DNA of 64,000 nucleotides from Deltaproteobacteria bacterium. GTDB lineage: Bacteria; Desulfobacterota; Syntrophia; Syntrophales; UBA2210. Positions 26,054 through 36,742 of this stretch are shown piece by piece. The first letter of the stretch is position 1; each line of letters starts with the position of its first letter. The stretch is taken from positions 1,825 to 65,824 of the forward strand of contig JAPLJO010000040.1 in the NCBI GenBank assembly GCA_026388515.1. Reading direction: 5' to 3'. The position numbers were made by a program, and so were the translations under genes. Below the pieces are notes generated by a model. The model was not told the origin of the DNA. It made no database searches and saw only the letters and a list, made by a program, of their open reading frames with translations.

Positions 26054-26539
26054 ATGAAACGCGATCACGTGACGGTATATTCACACAGTGAAGAGGAAAC
26101 CCAGGCCATAGGGGCAATTATGGGCAGGATCATGACGGCGGGCGATATCATAGGCCTTTCGGGTGAACTGGGAGCGGGGAAAACATGCATTGCCCGTGGC
26201 ATTGCGAAGGGCATGGGAATATCCCGGCATTACCACATCACCAGCCCCACCTTTACCCTCATCAATGAATATCCCGGAAAGGTCCCCCTCTACCATATGG
26301 ACATGTACCGCCTTTCCGATTCGTCGGATGTAAATGATGTAGGGTATTACGACTACCTCGGGGGGAAGGGCATCGTTGTCGTAGAGTGGGCGGAAAAGAT
26401 TGCCGATGCGCTTCCCGCGCATGCATTTCATATCACCATCGAGCATTGTGATGAAAGCGGGCGGAAGCTTGATATTGAAGGAACAGTGGACACCATCGCG
26501 GTTCTTAAAAGTAAACTCAAAGAGGGAGGTCTCATATAA
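26054..26539 (+). CDS. tsaE: tRNA threonylcarbamoyladenosine biosynthesis ATPase TsaE
   Basis: The P-loop SGELGAGKT, SPTFTL and YHMDMYR are typical of TsaE/YjeE. The start was moved to the ATG at 26054, after the acpS stop. Confidence 0.8.
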   Translation: MKRDHVTVYSHSEEETQAIGAIMGRIMTAGDIIGLSGELGAGKTCIARGIAKGMGISRHYHITSPTFTLINEYPGKVPLYHMDMYRLSDSSDVNDVGYYDYLGGKGIVVVEWAEKIADALPAHAFHITIEHCDESGRKLDIEGTVDTIAVLKSKLKEGGLI

Positions 26540-27766
26540 GTGGCCCTGATAGTGCAGAAGTACGGAGGAACATCGGTAGCCGATCTCGGCAGGATTCGTA
26601 ATGTCGCAAAGAGAGTGGCGAAAACCAGGGACGCCGGTAATGACGTGGTGGTGGTGCTGTCTGCAATGGCGGGTGAGACGGACAGGCTGATACGGCTTGC
26701 ACACGAGGCGTCTCTGAATACTCCCAGTCTGCGTGAGTATGATGCCCTCATTTCAACGGGAGAACAGGTGACTGTATCGATCCTCGCAATGGTGCTCAAT
26801 GCAATGGGATACAGGGCGATGTCGCTTCTCGGGTTTCAGGTGCGCATCATGACAGACAACGCCCATTCAATGGCGAGAATCATGAATATTGATACCGGTG
26901 TCGTCACGAATGCGTTGAGCGAGGGCACCATCGTCATCGTGGCGGGGTTTCAGGGAGTTGATGAGAACAGCAACATCACGACTCTCGGCAGGGGCGGATC
27001 CGATACCAGCGCAGTCGCGATCGCTGCGGCGTTGAAAGCCGACTGGTGCGATATTTATACCGATGTCGACGGCGTCTATACCACGGATCCGAATGTCTAC
27101 AAAAAGGCGCGAAAGCTGAAGAAAATATCCTATGAAGAAATGCTTGAGCTCGCGAGTGCGGGTGCAAAGGTGCTGCAGCACCGGGCGGTGGAGCTGGCAA
27201 GTAATTTCAGGGTTCCCGTGTATGTCAAATCGTCGTTCAATGATGATGAAGGAACGCTGGTCACGGTGGAGGACAGTGATATGGAAAAAGAAGTGGTATC
27301 GGGCGTTACGTGCGACAAGAATCAGGCAAAGGTCATGGTAGTGCATGTGCCGGACAAACCGGGCATCGCTGCAAAGTTATTCACCCCGCTTTCAGACCGC
27401 GGCATTATCGTGGACATGATAATCCAGAATGCAAGTTACGAGGGATTTGCCGACTTGACGTTCACAGTATCGAAGAAAGACGTTCCGCAGGTTCGTGAGA
27501 TATTTGACACCGTGGCAAGGGAGACACAGGCATCACGTGTTGAGTTCGATGAGAACATCTCAAAAATATCCATCGTGGGAATCGGCATGAAAAGTCACGC
27601 AGGCGTTGCATCCCGAATGTTTTCAGCACTCGCACGGGATGGAATCAATATCATGATGATAAGCACGTCGGAGATAAAAATATCGTGCGTGATTGAAGAG
27701 AAATATACCGAACTCGCCGTCAGGGTTCTTCACGACGCCTTCAAACTGGAAAAAGAAAGGAAATAG
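26540..27766 (+). CDS. lysC: Aspartate kinase
   Basis: VQKYGGTSV N-terminus, GRGGSDTSA, and tandem C-terminal ACT domains. GTG start with an upstream GGGAGG. Confidence 0.9.
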   Translation: MALIVQKYGGTSVADLGRIRNVAKRVAKTRDAGNDVVVVLSAMAGETDRLIRLAHEASLNTPSLREYDALISTGEQVTVSILAMVLNAMGYRAMSLLGFQVRIMTDNAHSMARIMNIDTGVVTNALSEGTIVIVAGFQGVDENSNITTLGRGGSDTSAVAIAAALKADWCDIYTDVDGVYTTDPNVYKKARKLKKISYEEMLELASAGAKVLQHRAVELASNFRVPVYVKSSFNDDEGTLVTVEDSDMEKEVVSGVTCDKNQAKVMVVHVPDKPGIAAKLFTPLSDRGIIVDMIIQNASYEGFADLTFTVSKKDVPQVREIFDTVARETQASRVEFDENISKISIVGIGMKSHAGVASRMFSALARDGINIMMISTSEIKISCVIEEKYTELAVRVLHDAFKLEKERK

Positions 27767-27770
27767 CCGG

Positions 27771-28346
27771 GTGAATTACTGCTCTCGGGAATTATGTGCG
27801 AGACAGTCTTCAGGCGCCATTGTCCTTTTGATGATGGTGCTCGCGGTCTTCGGCGTAAAGTATTATTTCCATGCATTCCCGGCAATGAACAATTCCGACA
27901 TTCCAGGCCATATAGATGCTGATCGCGCGGCGCTGATTATAGGGTTCAGAGAAGGTGGCGCAGACGATGGTGTGTACTTTCTGCCGGGGAATATTACGCT
28001 TGCAGGGTTCTTTGAAATCATCGGACATAAAAAAATACTGTACGAGCATTTACGATTACTTTCAAGCGGAGACGTCATCACGGTCCGGAGTGAGAACGGC
28101 CGGCGCACGGCGACTGTAGCAGCGATGAGTAATGTTGAAAGAATGGCGCTCGGCCTGCCTATTCCCGTCAATACCGCAAGCACCGGGGATTTCACGATGA
28201 TACCGGGTATAGGTCTGCAGCTTGCAGGGGCAATCGTTGACGAGCGTACGAAAAAAGGTCACTTTTCGGGAATTGACGACCTCAGATCAATTCGTGGTCT
28301 GGGACAAAAGAAGCTGAAACTGTTAAGTAACTACTTGTATTTCTGA
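27771..28346 (+). CDS. ComEA-like helix-hairpin-helix DNA-binding protein
   Basis: N-terminal TM segment. The C-terminus has VNTAS..MIPGIGLQLAGAIV..R...G.F..IDDL..IRGLGQKKL (HhH). The GTG start at 27771 was chosen by eye. Confidence 0.7.
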   Translation: MNYCSRELCARQSSGAIVLLMMVLAVFGVKYYFHAFPAMNNSDIPGHIDADRAALIIGFREGGADDGVYFLPGNITLAGFFEIIGHKKILYEHLRLLSSGDVITVRSENGRRTATVAAMSNVERMALGLPIPVNTASTGDFTMIPGIGLQLAGAIVDERTKKGHFSGIDDLRSIRGLGQKKLKLLSNYLYF

Positions 28347-28368
28347 TAACAAAAAGGTCATCTAATTC

Positions 28369-28397
28369 TTGACATTATCGTAAAAAATCAGAATATA
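28369..28397 (+). promoter_or_regulatory. Putative promoter (first of two TTGACA boxes) upstream of tRNA-Pro
   Basis: TTGACA, a 17-nt spacer, then AATATA. The 15-nt string AATTCTTGACATTAT recurs at 28420-28434. Confidence 0.35.
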
Positions 28398-28468
28398 AAT
28401 GGCCTTTTCCCTTGCCATCAATTCTTGACATTATAAGTGGGGAGTGATAGGGCTTCCAAACGATGAGT

Positions 28469-28545
<77 letters not shown>

Positions 28546-28631
28546 TTTTTCAGTCATGATTCTCGTCCGGTGAAGTTTCACCGTCCGCGTGCAGTAATCA
28601 CGGCAAGTCTCCTTCAGCAAGAGGTTCAAAG

Positions 28632-28660
28632 TTGACAATTAGTTATGCAATTAATATATT
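28632..28660 (+). promoter_or_regulatory. Putative sigma70 promoter for tRNA-Leu / tig
   Basis: TTGACA, a 17-nt spacer, then TATATT, ending 20 nt before the tRNA 5' end. Confidence 0.5.
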
Positions 28661-28679
28661 TAGAAAGACCTCAGGGCTT

Positions 28680-28767
28680 GCGAGAGTGGCGGAACTGGAA
28701 GACGCACTGGACTTAGGATCCAGCCCGCATACAGCGGTTAGGGGTTCAACTCCCCTCTCTCGCACCA
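28680..28767 (+). tRNA. tRNA-Leu (anticodon UAG), long variable arm
   Basis: Acceptor GCGAGAG/CTCTCGC, anticodon stem CTGGA/TCCAG, loop CT-TAG-GA, a long variable arm, T-arm AGGGG-TTCAACT-CCCCT, encoded CCA. Confidence 0.9.
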
Positions 28768-28789
28768 TCACATGATAAGGAGCGAAGTT

Positions 28790-30133
28790 GTGTCTGTAAC
28801 GAATCAAGGTGTAACAACAATAGAGGAACTCAGCCCGGTCAAAAAGAAACTATCTTTTGAAATAGCATGGGACGATGTAAAGAAGGAACTGGATGCGGCC
28901 TATGAATCGGTCGGTAAAAGTACAAGAATCAAGGGATTTCGTCCGGGTAAGACACCCAGGAAAATTCTGGAAATGCATTTCAAGGAAAGGGCCGAAGGTG
29001 AGGCGATAACAAATATTATTTCAAGGTGTTACACCGGTGCACTGCAGGACAATAAAATCATCGCCGTCGATCATCCAACAATCGATCAGAATGGAATTGT
29101 CCAGAATGGAAACTTTGTGTTCACCGCCGTTGTCGAGACACAGCCTGAATTTGAACCTGAAGGATATGTGGGGATAGAGGCGGAGAGGGAGATTGTCGAG
29201 GTTGCCGAAAGCGATGTGGAGCAACGTCTGGAAGAAATACGAAATATGATGGCAACACTTGAAGAGGTGGGGGAAGACAGGGGGGTCGTCGAAGGAGACC
29301 ACGTTCTTCTTGATTTTCAGGTATCTGTGGAAGGTGAAACGCGTGCCGATCTCAACACTAAGGACTATATGTTTCAGGTCGGCAGCCGGAAGCTCATCCC
29401 CGAGTTTGAAGAAAAGATAGTCGGTATTAAAAAGGGAGAGACAAAAGAGGTGGAAATCACCTTTCCGCAAAACTATGATGCGGAGAATCTTGCCGGCAGG
29501 GCGGGTACATTTACCGTGACGATAAAAGACATACGAAAGAAGATACTGCCTCCGCTGGATGAATCGTTTCTGAAGAACTTCGAGAAGTTTGAATCACTGG
29601 AGGATCTCAGGAAGAATATACGGCTCTCGCTTGAAGAAGAGGGGAAGATACGCATCGAATCCGCGTTCAGAAACCGGCTCATCGACGCCATACTCGAACC
29701 GAACAGTTTTGACGTGCCTTCGGCATGGGTTGAGCGGCAGATTCAGTATATGGTATTTGAAATGCAGCAGCGTATGATTATGAATGGTATGAAGCACGAA
29801 AAGGCTTCAGAAATAGCCTTCGGCATGAAGGACCGTTTCAGAGATCAGGCGACGAAAACAGTGAGGACGACGGTTCTTCTCAGCCGGATAGCAGAGAAAG
29901 AATCCCTGTCGGTGGACGAAAGCGATATAGAAGAGGCGCTGAGAAGCATTGCCGCACGATATGGCAGAGATTATGAGTCGGTACGAAAAAATTATGCCGA
30001 TGGTGATACAATGCTGAGGCTCAGGGATGAAATACTCGAAAAAAAGGCCCTGCATTTTGTTGAAGAAAAAGCAATGGTGAAAGAGGTGAAGATGAGCGCA
30101 GTGCAGCCTGCTGAGGGGGAGAAGAGCGAATGA
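28790..30133 (+). CDS. tig: Trigger factor
   Basis: The [13 protein letters not shown] signature, a PPIase-like middle domain and position upstream of clpP-clpX. I preferred the GTG at 28790 (AAGGAG 8 nt upstream) over the track's ATG at 28772, which starts 5 nt after the tRNA. Confidence 0.9.
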   Translation: MSVTNQGVTTIEELSPVKKKLSFEIAWDDVKKELDAAYESVGKSTRIKGFRPGKTPRKILEMHFKERAEGEAITNIISRCYTGALQDNKIIAVDHPTIDQNGIVQNGNFVFTAVVETQPEFEPEGYVGIEAEREIVEVAESDVEQRLEEIRNMMATLEEVGEDRGVVEGDHVLLDFQVSVEGETRADLNTKDYMFQVGSRKLIPEFEEKIVGIKKGETKEVEITFPQNYDAENLAGRAGTFTVTIKDIRKKILPPLDESFLKNFEKFESLEDLRKNIRLSLEEEGKIRIESAFRNRLIDAILEPNSFDVPSAWVERQIQYMVFEMQQRMIMNGMKHEKASEIAFGMKDRFRDQATKTVRTTVLLSRIAEKESLSVDESDIEEALRSIAARYGRDYESVRKNYADGDTMLRLRDEILEKKALHFVEEKAMVKEVKMSAVQPAEGEKSE

Positions 30134-30726
30134 CCCTGATTCCCATGGTGCTCGAACAGGACGGCAGGGGTGAGCGGGCGTTTGATATATACTCGCGCCT
30201 TTTAAGGGATCGAATCGTGTTTCTCGGTACCGCGATAGATGATGAGGTTTCAAATCTCATTATTGCTCAGATGCTGTACCTTGAGTCCGAGGACCCGGAC
30301 AAGGAAATATTTTTCTATTTGAATACACCCGGCGGGGTGATAAGTGCCGGTATGGCGATTTACGATACCATGCAGTATATCAAACCGCCGGTCTCTACCG
30401 TATGCATGGGACAGGCGGCGAGCATGGGAGCGGTGCTCCTTGCTGCCGGTGAGCAGGGCAAGCGGTTTGCGCTGCCGAATGCGAGAATCATAATTCACCA
30501 GCCCATGGGAGGATCCCAGGGGCAGGCGACGGATATCGCCATTCAGGCGAAGGAAATACTCCGGCTCAAGCATGAATTGAACAGGATACTTTCAGCACAC
30601 ACCGGCCGGCCGATAGAAAAAGTGGAAAACGATACCGAGCGTGATTACTTCATGACGAGCGCGGAAGCGAAAGAATACGGCATCATTGATGAGGTTATCA
30701 TCAAAAGATCTTCCCTCGTGAAGTAA
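30130..30726 (+). CDS. clpP: ATP-dependent Clp protease proteolytic subunit
   Basis: [19 protein letters not shown] (active Ser) and IHQP (His). ATGA overlap with the tig stop. Confidence 0.95.
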   Translation: MTLIPMVLEQDGRGERAFDIYSRLLRDRIVFLGTAIDDEVSNLIIAQMLYLESEDPDKEIFFYLNTPGGVISAGMAIYDTMQYIKPPVSTVCMGQAASMGAVLLAAGEQGKRFALPNARIIIHQPMGGSQGQATDIAIQAKEILRLKHELNRILSAHTGRPIEKVENDTERDYFMTSAEAKEYGIIDEVIIKRSSLVK

Positions 30727-30737
30727 AAGGAGATTCC

Positions 30738-32027
30738 ATGGCCAGACGATCAGGGAATTACAATGACAACCACAGTATACTCTACTGCTCATTCTGCGGC
30801 AAGACACAGAATCAGGTGAGGAAGCTGGTTGCCGGACCGTCCGCGTATATCTGTGACGAGTGTATCGACCTCTGCCGTTGCGTCGTCGAAGAAGAAACGG
30901 GTATTCATGATGTCAAGCACACGAAGCAGAGCATCCCTGAACCGAAAGAAATCAAGAAATTTCTCGACCAGTACGTCGTCGGTCAGGAGAGAACGAAAAA
31001 GATTCTTTCTGTTGCGGTCTATAATCACTACAAACGGCTGTTCTCGGATTTTGACAGTAAAGGCGTTGAGCTTCAGAAAAGCAACATTCTGCTTATCGGA
31101 CCGACGGGCTCGGGAAAGACGCTCCTGGCGCGTACCCTGGCGAGACTGCTCGACGTCCCCTTTGCGATTGCCGATGCGACGTCACTCACTGAGGCGGGGT
31201 ACGTGGGGGAAGACGTTGAAAATATAATACTCAGCCTGCTTCAGAATGCGGAATACGACGTGCAGCGTGCGTCCCGGGGCATTGTCTACATCGACGAGAT
31301 TGACAAAATTGCCAAGAAATCCGGCAATCCATCAATTACGCGGGATGTATCGGGAGAAGGAGTTCAACAGGCGCTTCTCAAAATAATTGAGGGCACGATG
31401 GCCAATGTGCCCCCCAAGGGCGGGCGAAAGCACCCGCAACAGGAGTTCATTCAAGTTGATACAACCAATATTCTTTTCATATGCGGCGGCGCTTTCGTGG
31501 GATTGGAAGATATCATTCAGAAGCGGTTAGGCATGAGTGCAGTCGGCTTCAGGGCTGAAATCAAGAGCAAAAAAGAAAAGAACATAGGGGAGACGCTTGC
31601 CGAGGTGCAGCCCGAGGATCTTTTGAAATACGGATTGATACCGGAATTCGTCGGGAGACTGCCGGTGCTCGCCACGTTATATGACCTGACAGAACATGAC
31701 CTGGCGAGGATACTCATCGAACCGAAAAATGCCATTGTGAAGCAGTATAAGAAAATGTTCGAGTTTGAGAAGGTAAAGCTCACCTTTACCGACGGTGCCC
31801 TGAAAGCCATTGCACGCCTTTCCGAAAAGAGAAAATCGGGCGCCCGGGGACTGCAGGCCATTATGGAGACCATCATGCTCGATCTTATGTATGAGATTCC
31901 CTCGCGGCGCGATGTGAAGGAATGTCTCATCAATGAAGAGGTCGTGCTGACCAGGGAAAAGCCGATGTTGCTCTTTGAAGCAAAAACAGAGACCGCCCCT
32001 GAAAGAAAACAAAAAGAAATCGGATAG
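30738..32027 (+). CDS. clpX: ATP-dependent Clp protease ATP-binding subunit ClpX
   Basis: N-terminal zinc-binding CSFCGK...CDEC, Walker [12 protein letters not shown] and IVYIDEIDK. Confidence 0.95.
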   Translation: MARRSGNYNDNHSILYCSFCGKTQNQVRKLVAGPSAYICDECIDLCRCVVEEETGIHDVKHTKQSIPEPKEIKKFLDQYVVGQERTKKILSVAVYNHYKRLFSDFDSKGVELQKSNILLIGPTGSGKTLLARTLARLLDVPFAIADATSLTEAGYVGEDVENIILSLLQNAEYDVQRASRGIVYIDEIDKIAKKSGNPSITRDVSGEGVQQALLKIIEGTMANVPPKGGRKHPQQEFIQVDTTNILFICGGAFVGLEDIIQKRLGMSAVGFRAEIKSKKEKNIGETLAEVQPEDLLKYGLIPEFVGRLPVLATLYDLTEHDLARILIEPKNAIVKQYKKMFEFEKVKLTFTDGALKAIARLSEKRKSGARGLQAIMETIMLDLMYEIPSRRDVKECLINEEVVLTREKPMLLFEAKTETAPERKQKEIG

Positions 32028-32041
32028 GAAGAAATTAACAT

Positions 32042-34462
32042 ATGTTTAATTTTAATAAAAATCGAGAAACCAGAAATGGAGAATTGATCATCCCCCTTCT
32101 CCCCCTCCGGGATGTGGTCGTATTTCCACACATGATCGTGCCGCTCTTTGTGGGGCGCGAGAAATCAATCAATGCGCTCGAATCATCAATGAAATATGAA
32201 AAGGGAATATTTCTCGCCGCCCAGCGGAACGCGGAGAAAGATGACCCCGCCGATGATGATATTTACCGGATCGGCACGATTGGTTCAATCATTCAACTCC
32301 TGCGGCTGCCGGACGGGACCGTGAAGGCACTCATCGAGGGTAAGAAAAGGGGAATAATAAAGGAATATATTCCCAATGAAAAGTTCTTCCTTGTCAGCGC
32401 GGAAGAACTCGAGGACGCAGTCAATCCGCGGGATAATTTAAAAATCGAAGCACTGATGAGGAACATAGTAAACACCCTCGAGCGATACGCGAAACTGAGC
32501 AAGAAGGTGCCCATCGAAATACTGGGATCGATTTCGTCGATAACCGATCCAGTGCGACTGGCGGACCTTGCATCGTCGCATCTCCATGTGAAACTCGATG
32601 AGAAGCAGAAGATTCTCGAATCCCACGACATCGGTGAACGGCTGGAGAAAATCTATTCCCTTATGATGGCGGAAATAGAGATAATGGAAATTGAAGGCCG
32701 CATCAAAAAGAGGGTCAAGAAGCAGATGGAAAAGACCCAGAAGGACTATTATCTGAACGAGCAGATGCGCGCCATTCAGAAAGAAATGGGGGAAGACGAC
32801 AGCTTCAAGAACGAGATCAGAGAACTGGAAAAGAAGCTCAAGAACAAAAAAATATCCAATGAGGCTCACGCCAAGGTGGAACATGAAATTAAGAAGCTTA
32901 AAATGATGGCTCCCATGTCGGCGGAAGCCACCGTCGTGCGAAATTATATAGACTGGCTGCTGTCGCTGCCTTGGAACGAAAAGACGGAAAATGACAAGAC
33001 ACTCAAGGAATCGGAAACAATACTCGAAGAAGATCACTATGGACTGAAGAAGGTCAAGGAGAGAATCCTTGAATATCTGGCGGTGCAGCATCTCGTGAAA
33101 AAGAAAAAGGGGTCGATACTCTGTCTTGTGGGTCCTCCGGGTGTGGGGAAGACATCCGTTGCGAAATCAATTGCACGGGCGACCAACCGGAAGTTCGTCC
33201 GCCTGTCCCTTGGCGGCTTGAGGGATGAAGCGGAAATAAGGGGACACCGAAGGACATATATCGGTGCCATGCCGGGAAAGATTGTTCAGCTCCTGCGGAA
33301 AGCGGGCTCCAATAATCCCGTATTTTGTCTCGATGAAATCGATAAGCTTAGCTCTGACTTTCGCGGCGATCCCTCGTCGGCGCTCCTTGAGGTGCTTGAT
33401 ACCGAGCAGAATTTTGCATTTAACGACAATTATCTCGAGGTAGACTACGATGTATCGGAAGTGATGTTCATCACCACTGCGAACGTGCTGCAGACCATAC
33501 CTGCGGCGCTGCAGGACCGAATGGAGGTAATTCGCATCGCGGGATACATCGAGCCGGAAAAGCTCAATATCGCGAAGAAGTATCTCGTGCCAAAGGAAAT
33601 GGAGGCGAACGGCCTGAATGACAGCACCATCACTTTTTCGGATGGTGCGCTGCTCGCGCTGATACGGAATTACACACGGGAGGCGGGTGTACGTAATCTC
33701 CAGAGAGAAATCGCATCGATATGCAGGAAGGTGGCGCGCACCATTGTTGCCGATGGTGCGAATGGAAAGGTCAGAATAACGGCAAACTCGGTGGAAAAAT
33801 TTCTGGGTGTGAAGAAATTCAGATTCGGCCAGACCGAGGGCAGGGACAGAATCGGATTGGCGGTCGGTCTTGCATGGACGGAAGTAGGTGGTGAATTGCT
33901 GAACATTGAAGCAACGGTAATGCCCGGCACGGGGAAACTGACACTTACGGGGAAGCTCGGCGATGTGATGCAGGAATCCGCTCAGGCAGCATTTACCTAT
34001 GTAAGGTCGAAAGCCGAGAGCCTAGGTCTCGATAAGAATTTCTACAAAGAACTCGATGTCCATGTACACGTGCCGGAAGGAGCCATACCCAAGGATGGTC
34101 CTTCGGCGGGAATCGCGATGGCCACATCTATTGCATCGGCCTTCCTGAAAAGAAAGGTACGGAATGATTGTGCCATGACGGGAGAAATTACACTCCGGGG
34201 GAACGTGCTTCCCATTGGAGGATTGAAGGAAAAGCTTCTTGCGGCACATAGAGGACATGTAAAAACAGTTATAATTCCGAAAGAAAATGAAAAAGACCTT
34301 GAAGACGATATTCCGGCGAATGTGCTGAAGGAACTGGAAATCGTGCTGGTCGAAAATGTTGAAGAGGTCATTCAGCGGGCGATGATTCCCGAGGTATCGA
34401 CAGTCACGGAAAGCGTGACGATAGAGGAACCGGTGCAGAGAGTGCACCTGACTATAAATTAG
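32042..34462 (+). CDS. lon: Lon protease
   Basis: [13 protein letters not shown]-domain, GPPGVGKTS Walker A and protease motif KDGPSAGIA. Confidence 0.95.
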   Translation: MFNFNKNRETRNGELIIPLLPLRDVVVFPHMIVPLFVGREKSINALESSMKYEKGIFLAAQRNAEKDDPADDDIYRIGTIGSIIQLLRLPDGTVKALIEGKKRGIIKEYIPNEKFFLVSAEELEDAVNPRDNLKIEALMRNIVNTLERYAKLSKKVPIEILGSISSITDPVRLADLASSHLHVKLDEKQKILESHDIGERLEKIYSLMMAEIEIMEIEGRIKKRVKKQMEKTQKDYYLNEQMRAIQKEMGEDDSFKNEIRELEKKLKNKKISNEAHAKVEHEIKKLKMMAPMSAEATVVRNYIDWLLSLPWNEKTENDKTLKESETILEEDHYGLKKVKERILEYLAVQHLVKKKKGSILCLVGPPGVGKTSVAKSIARATNRKFVRLSLGGLRDEAEIRGHRRTYIGAMPGKIVQLLRKAGSNNPVFCLDEIDKLSSDFRGDPSSALLEVLDTEQNFAFNDNYLEVDYDVSEVMFITTANVLQTIPAALQDRMEVIRIAGYIEPEKLNIAKKYLVPKEMEANGLNDSTITFSDGALLALIRNYTREAGVRNLQREIASICRKVARTIVADGANGKVRITANSVEKFLGVKKFRFGQTEGRDRIGLAVGLAWTEVGGELLNIEATVMPGTGKLTLTGKLGDVMQESAQAAFTYVRSKAESLGLDKNFYKELDVHVHVPEGAIPKDGPSAGIAMATSIASAFLKRKVRNDCAMTGEITLRGNVLPIGGLKEKLLAAHRGHVKTVIIPKENEKDLEDDIPANVLKELEIVLVENVEEVIQRAMIPEVSTVTESVTIEEPVQRVHLTIN

Positions 34463-34483
34463 CCGAGATTGCTCAAATAGCAC

Positions 34484-34512
34484 TTGACATCATTACCGTT
34501 TTTCTCTACATT
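34484..34512 (+). promoter_or_regulatory. Putative sigma70 promoter for the tRNA-Val/tRNA-Asp pair
   Basis: TTGACA, a 17-nt spacer, then TACATT, about 30 nt before the tRNA-Val 5' end. Confidence 0.5.
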
Positions 34513-34543
34513 TGCACTCCCTTTCACGGGGCATAATCAGTAA

Positions 34544-34619
34544 AGGCGGATAGCTCAGCTGGGAGAGCGCCACGCTTACACCGTGGAAGTCGCAGGTTCA
34601 AGTCCTGTTCCGCCTACCA
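34544..34619 (+). tRNA. tRNA-Val (anticodon UAC)
   Basis: Acceptor AGGCGGA/TCCGCCT, D-arm GCTC-AGCTGGGA-GAGC, anticodon stem CCACG/CGTGG, loop CT-TAC-AC, encoded CCA. Confidence 0.9.
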
Positions 34620-34626
34620 TGTATAC

Positions 34627-34703
<77 letters not shown>

Positions 34704-34710
34704 AAAAATA

Positions 34711-34740
34711 AAAGGGGGTTTTTTATAAACCCCCTTTTTG
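34711..34740. terminator. Rho-independent terminator, probably bidirectional
   Basis: Stem AAAGGGGGTT/AACCCCCTTT (10 bp) with a 7-nt loop, an A-run upstream and a T-run downstream. Confidence 0.6.
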
Positions 34741-34751
34741 TCAGTGTGCAG

Positions 34752-34790
34752 GGCAGGGGGTGGATTCAAATCCGTCCCCTGCCTTTTTTT
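34752..34790 (+). terminator. Second rho-independent terminator
   Basis: Stem GGCAGGGG/CCCCTGCC with inner GGAT/ATCC pairing, followed by T7. Confidence 0.6.
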
Positions 34791-34817
34791 CGGTATAAGA
34801 ACAGAAAATGATAATAC

Positions 34818-35189
34818 TCAGAATCGTACTCTGAGCAGCTCCATGGTAGTCTGAACACCGCCTCCGGCGATAGCGTGTGATGAGGTGGTTATCGTCGGCA
34901 TGGCGATTTTCATTGTGTCACCTTCCAGTTCAACAAATGCCGTCGCTTCATACATGCCGAAGAGCATACCCGCGATAGCACCCGTGGCGGTACCATATCC
35001 TATATACTCCCAGTGGTCGGATGGTGTATGGGTGAATAACATTAATGCAGCGCCGATTATTGTACCCGTGGCGGTACCGTAGAGTGTGTCAATCAATACG
35101 ATGCTTCCGACCGTTTCTCCCGCCATACACGTAGCCGCAGTAACGATCATGAACAAGATACACAGAAAAAAGGCGATAATCTTTTTCAT
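34818..35189 (-). CDS. Small secreted/membrane protein with Gly-rich (glycine-zipper-like) segments
   Basis: Signal peptide MKKIIAFFLCILFMIVTAATCMA, then repeated GTATGxIxGA motifs. Confidence 0.55.
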   Translation of the reverse strand: MKKIIAFFLCILFMIVTAATCMAGETVGSIVLIDTLYGTATGTIIGAALMLFTHTPSDHWEYIGYGTATGAIAGMLFGMYEATAFVELEGDTMKIAMPTITTSSHAIAGGGVQTTMELLRVRF

Positions 35190-35345
35190 GGTTGACTCCT
35201 TAACCTTTATCGTGACGTCGCGACGCTAACATATTTATACGGCTTAATCAATTGCTTGTTGAGTGATCGTGACGGGTATTGCCCAATCCACACAATCATG
35301 GTAGGTAAGTATCCGTTTTCCGTTTCTAAAAAATCGGAGGGACAC

Positions 35346-36723
35346 ATGAAGATATCCAGCGTTCATGAGATGAGAGCGCTTGACCGCAACGCAGTGTCAA
35401 TCTATGGCATTGATGAACTGATTTTGATGGAAAATGCTGGCACGGCGGTCTGCCGTGTTATTGAGAACGAATTTGGTATGAAGGGGAAAACTTTTCTCGT
35501 ACTGTGTGGCCCCGGGAACAATGGAGGCGACGGGTTTGTCGTGGCACGGAAGATACATTCAAACGGCGGTCACGTCGAGGTTGTCATCGCAGGGGCCAGG
35601 GATGCCTATAAGGGTCCGGCAAAGAAGAATCTCGACATAATAATGCGATTGCCCGTCAAAATCCGTGATATCACATCGGTCAGGTCACTCAGCGGACCGG
35701 TCAGCAGAAGTGAGGCTATCATCGACGCGATATTCGGGACAGGCATTACCCGTCGCATTGAAGGGATGCACCGCGACATTATCGAGAGGATAAACAAAAG
35801 CGGCAGGACGATATTCAGTGTCGATATACCGTCAGGGGTGAACGGCGACACGGGGCAGATAATGGGTATCGCGGTGCGTGCGGATCATACAGTGACCTTC
35901 GGCCTTCCGAAACGGGGAAACATGCTCTTCCCCGGCTGCGATTTATGCGGGAAGCTGTATGTATGCCATATATCATTTCCGCCGGAGCACTACGACAACG
36001 GTGCGATTAAAGTTGCCGTTAATAAACCTCCTCCGCTCCCGGCGAGATACAGGGATGCGCACAAAGGCAGTTGTGGTGACGCCCTTTTCATTGCAGGTTC
36101 GGCAAATTATTACAGCGCCCCATATTGTGGTCCTCGGGCCCGGAATATCCACAGACAACGAAACACAGAAGCTCGCATGCCGCCTTGCCGTGCGCATTGA
36201 AAAACCCCTTATTATAGATGGTGACGGTATCACCGCACTGATTCCAGAGATCAAATCTATGGCAAAACGTAAAAAGCCGACAGTTCTCACACCTCACCCC
36301 GGCGAGATGTCACGAATCACCGGGCGAAGCGTCAATGAGATTGAAGAAATGAGGATCCCCCTGCTGCAGGAAACGGCGCGTGCGTTACATTCAATAGTCG
36401 TATTGAAAGGAGCCCATACGCTGATAGGATATCCCGATGGAAGGGTAGCAGTGAACATGAGCGGCAATGCCGGTATGGCGACGGCGGGATCCGGAGATGT
36501 TCTTACGGGAACAATCGCAGCGATGTATGGACTGGGACTGTCCATTGAAGATGCTGTAGCAAAAGGAGTGTTCATCCATGGCCTCAGCGGGGACCTCGCT
36601 GCCGGGGATATCGGCGAAGACGGAATAACGGCAGAAGACATACTCAATTATCTGCCGTCCGCCGTTGCTGCGGATCGGGATGACGAGGCATTGCGGAAGC
36701 GCTACGAAATTCCGGTTATATAG
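35346..36723 (+). pseudogene. nnr: Bifunctional NAD(P)H-hydrate repair enzyme (epimerase + ADP-dependent dehydratase) with internal deletion and frameshift near 36117-36124
   Basis: The N-domain CGPGNNGGDGFVVAR is intact. The dehydratase domain starts HKGSCGDALFIAGSANYYSAP in frame 3 and continues as HIVVLGPGIS...TPHPGE...GSGDVLTG in frame 1. About 50 residues normally found between these blocks are absent. Confidence 0.7.
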
Positions 36724-36742
36724 ATACACGGAGGATTTTGTG

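Noticed and set aside
34752-34790. TTCAAATCC-containing hairpin considered as a tRNA 3' fragment (possible att site)
   Set aside because: The flanking bases do not form a T-arm. The sequence folds as one long symmetric hairpin followed by T7, which is a terminator.
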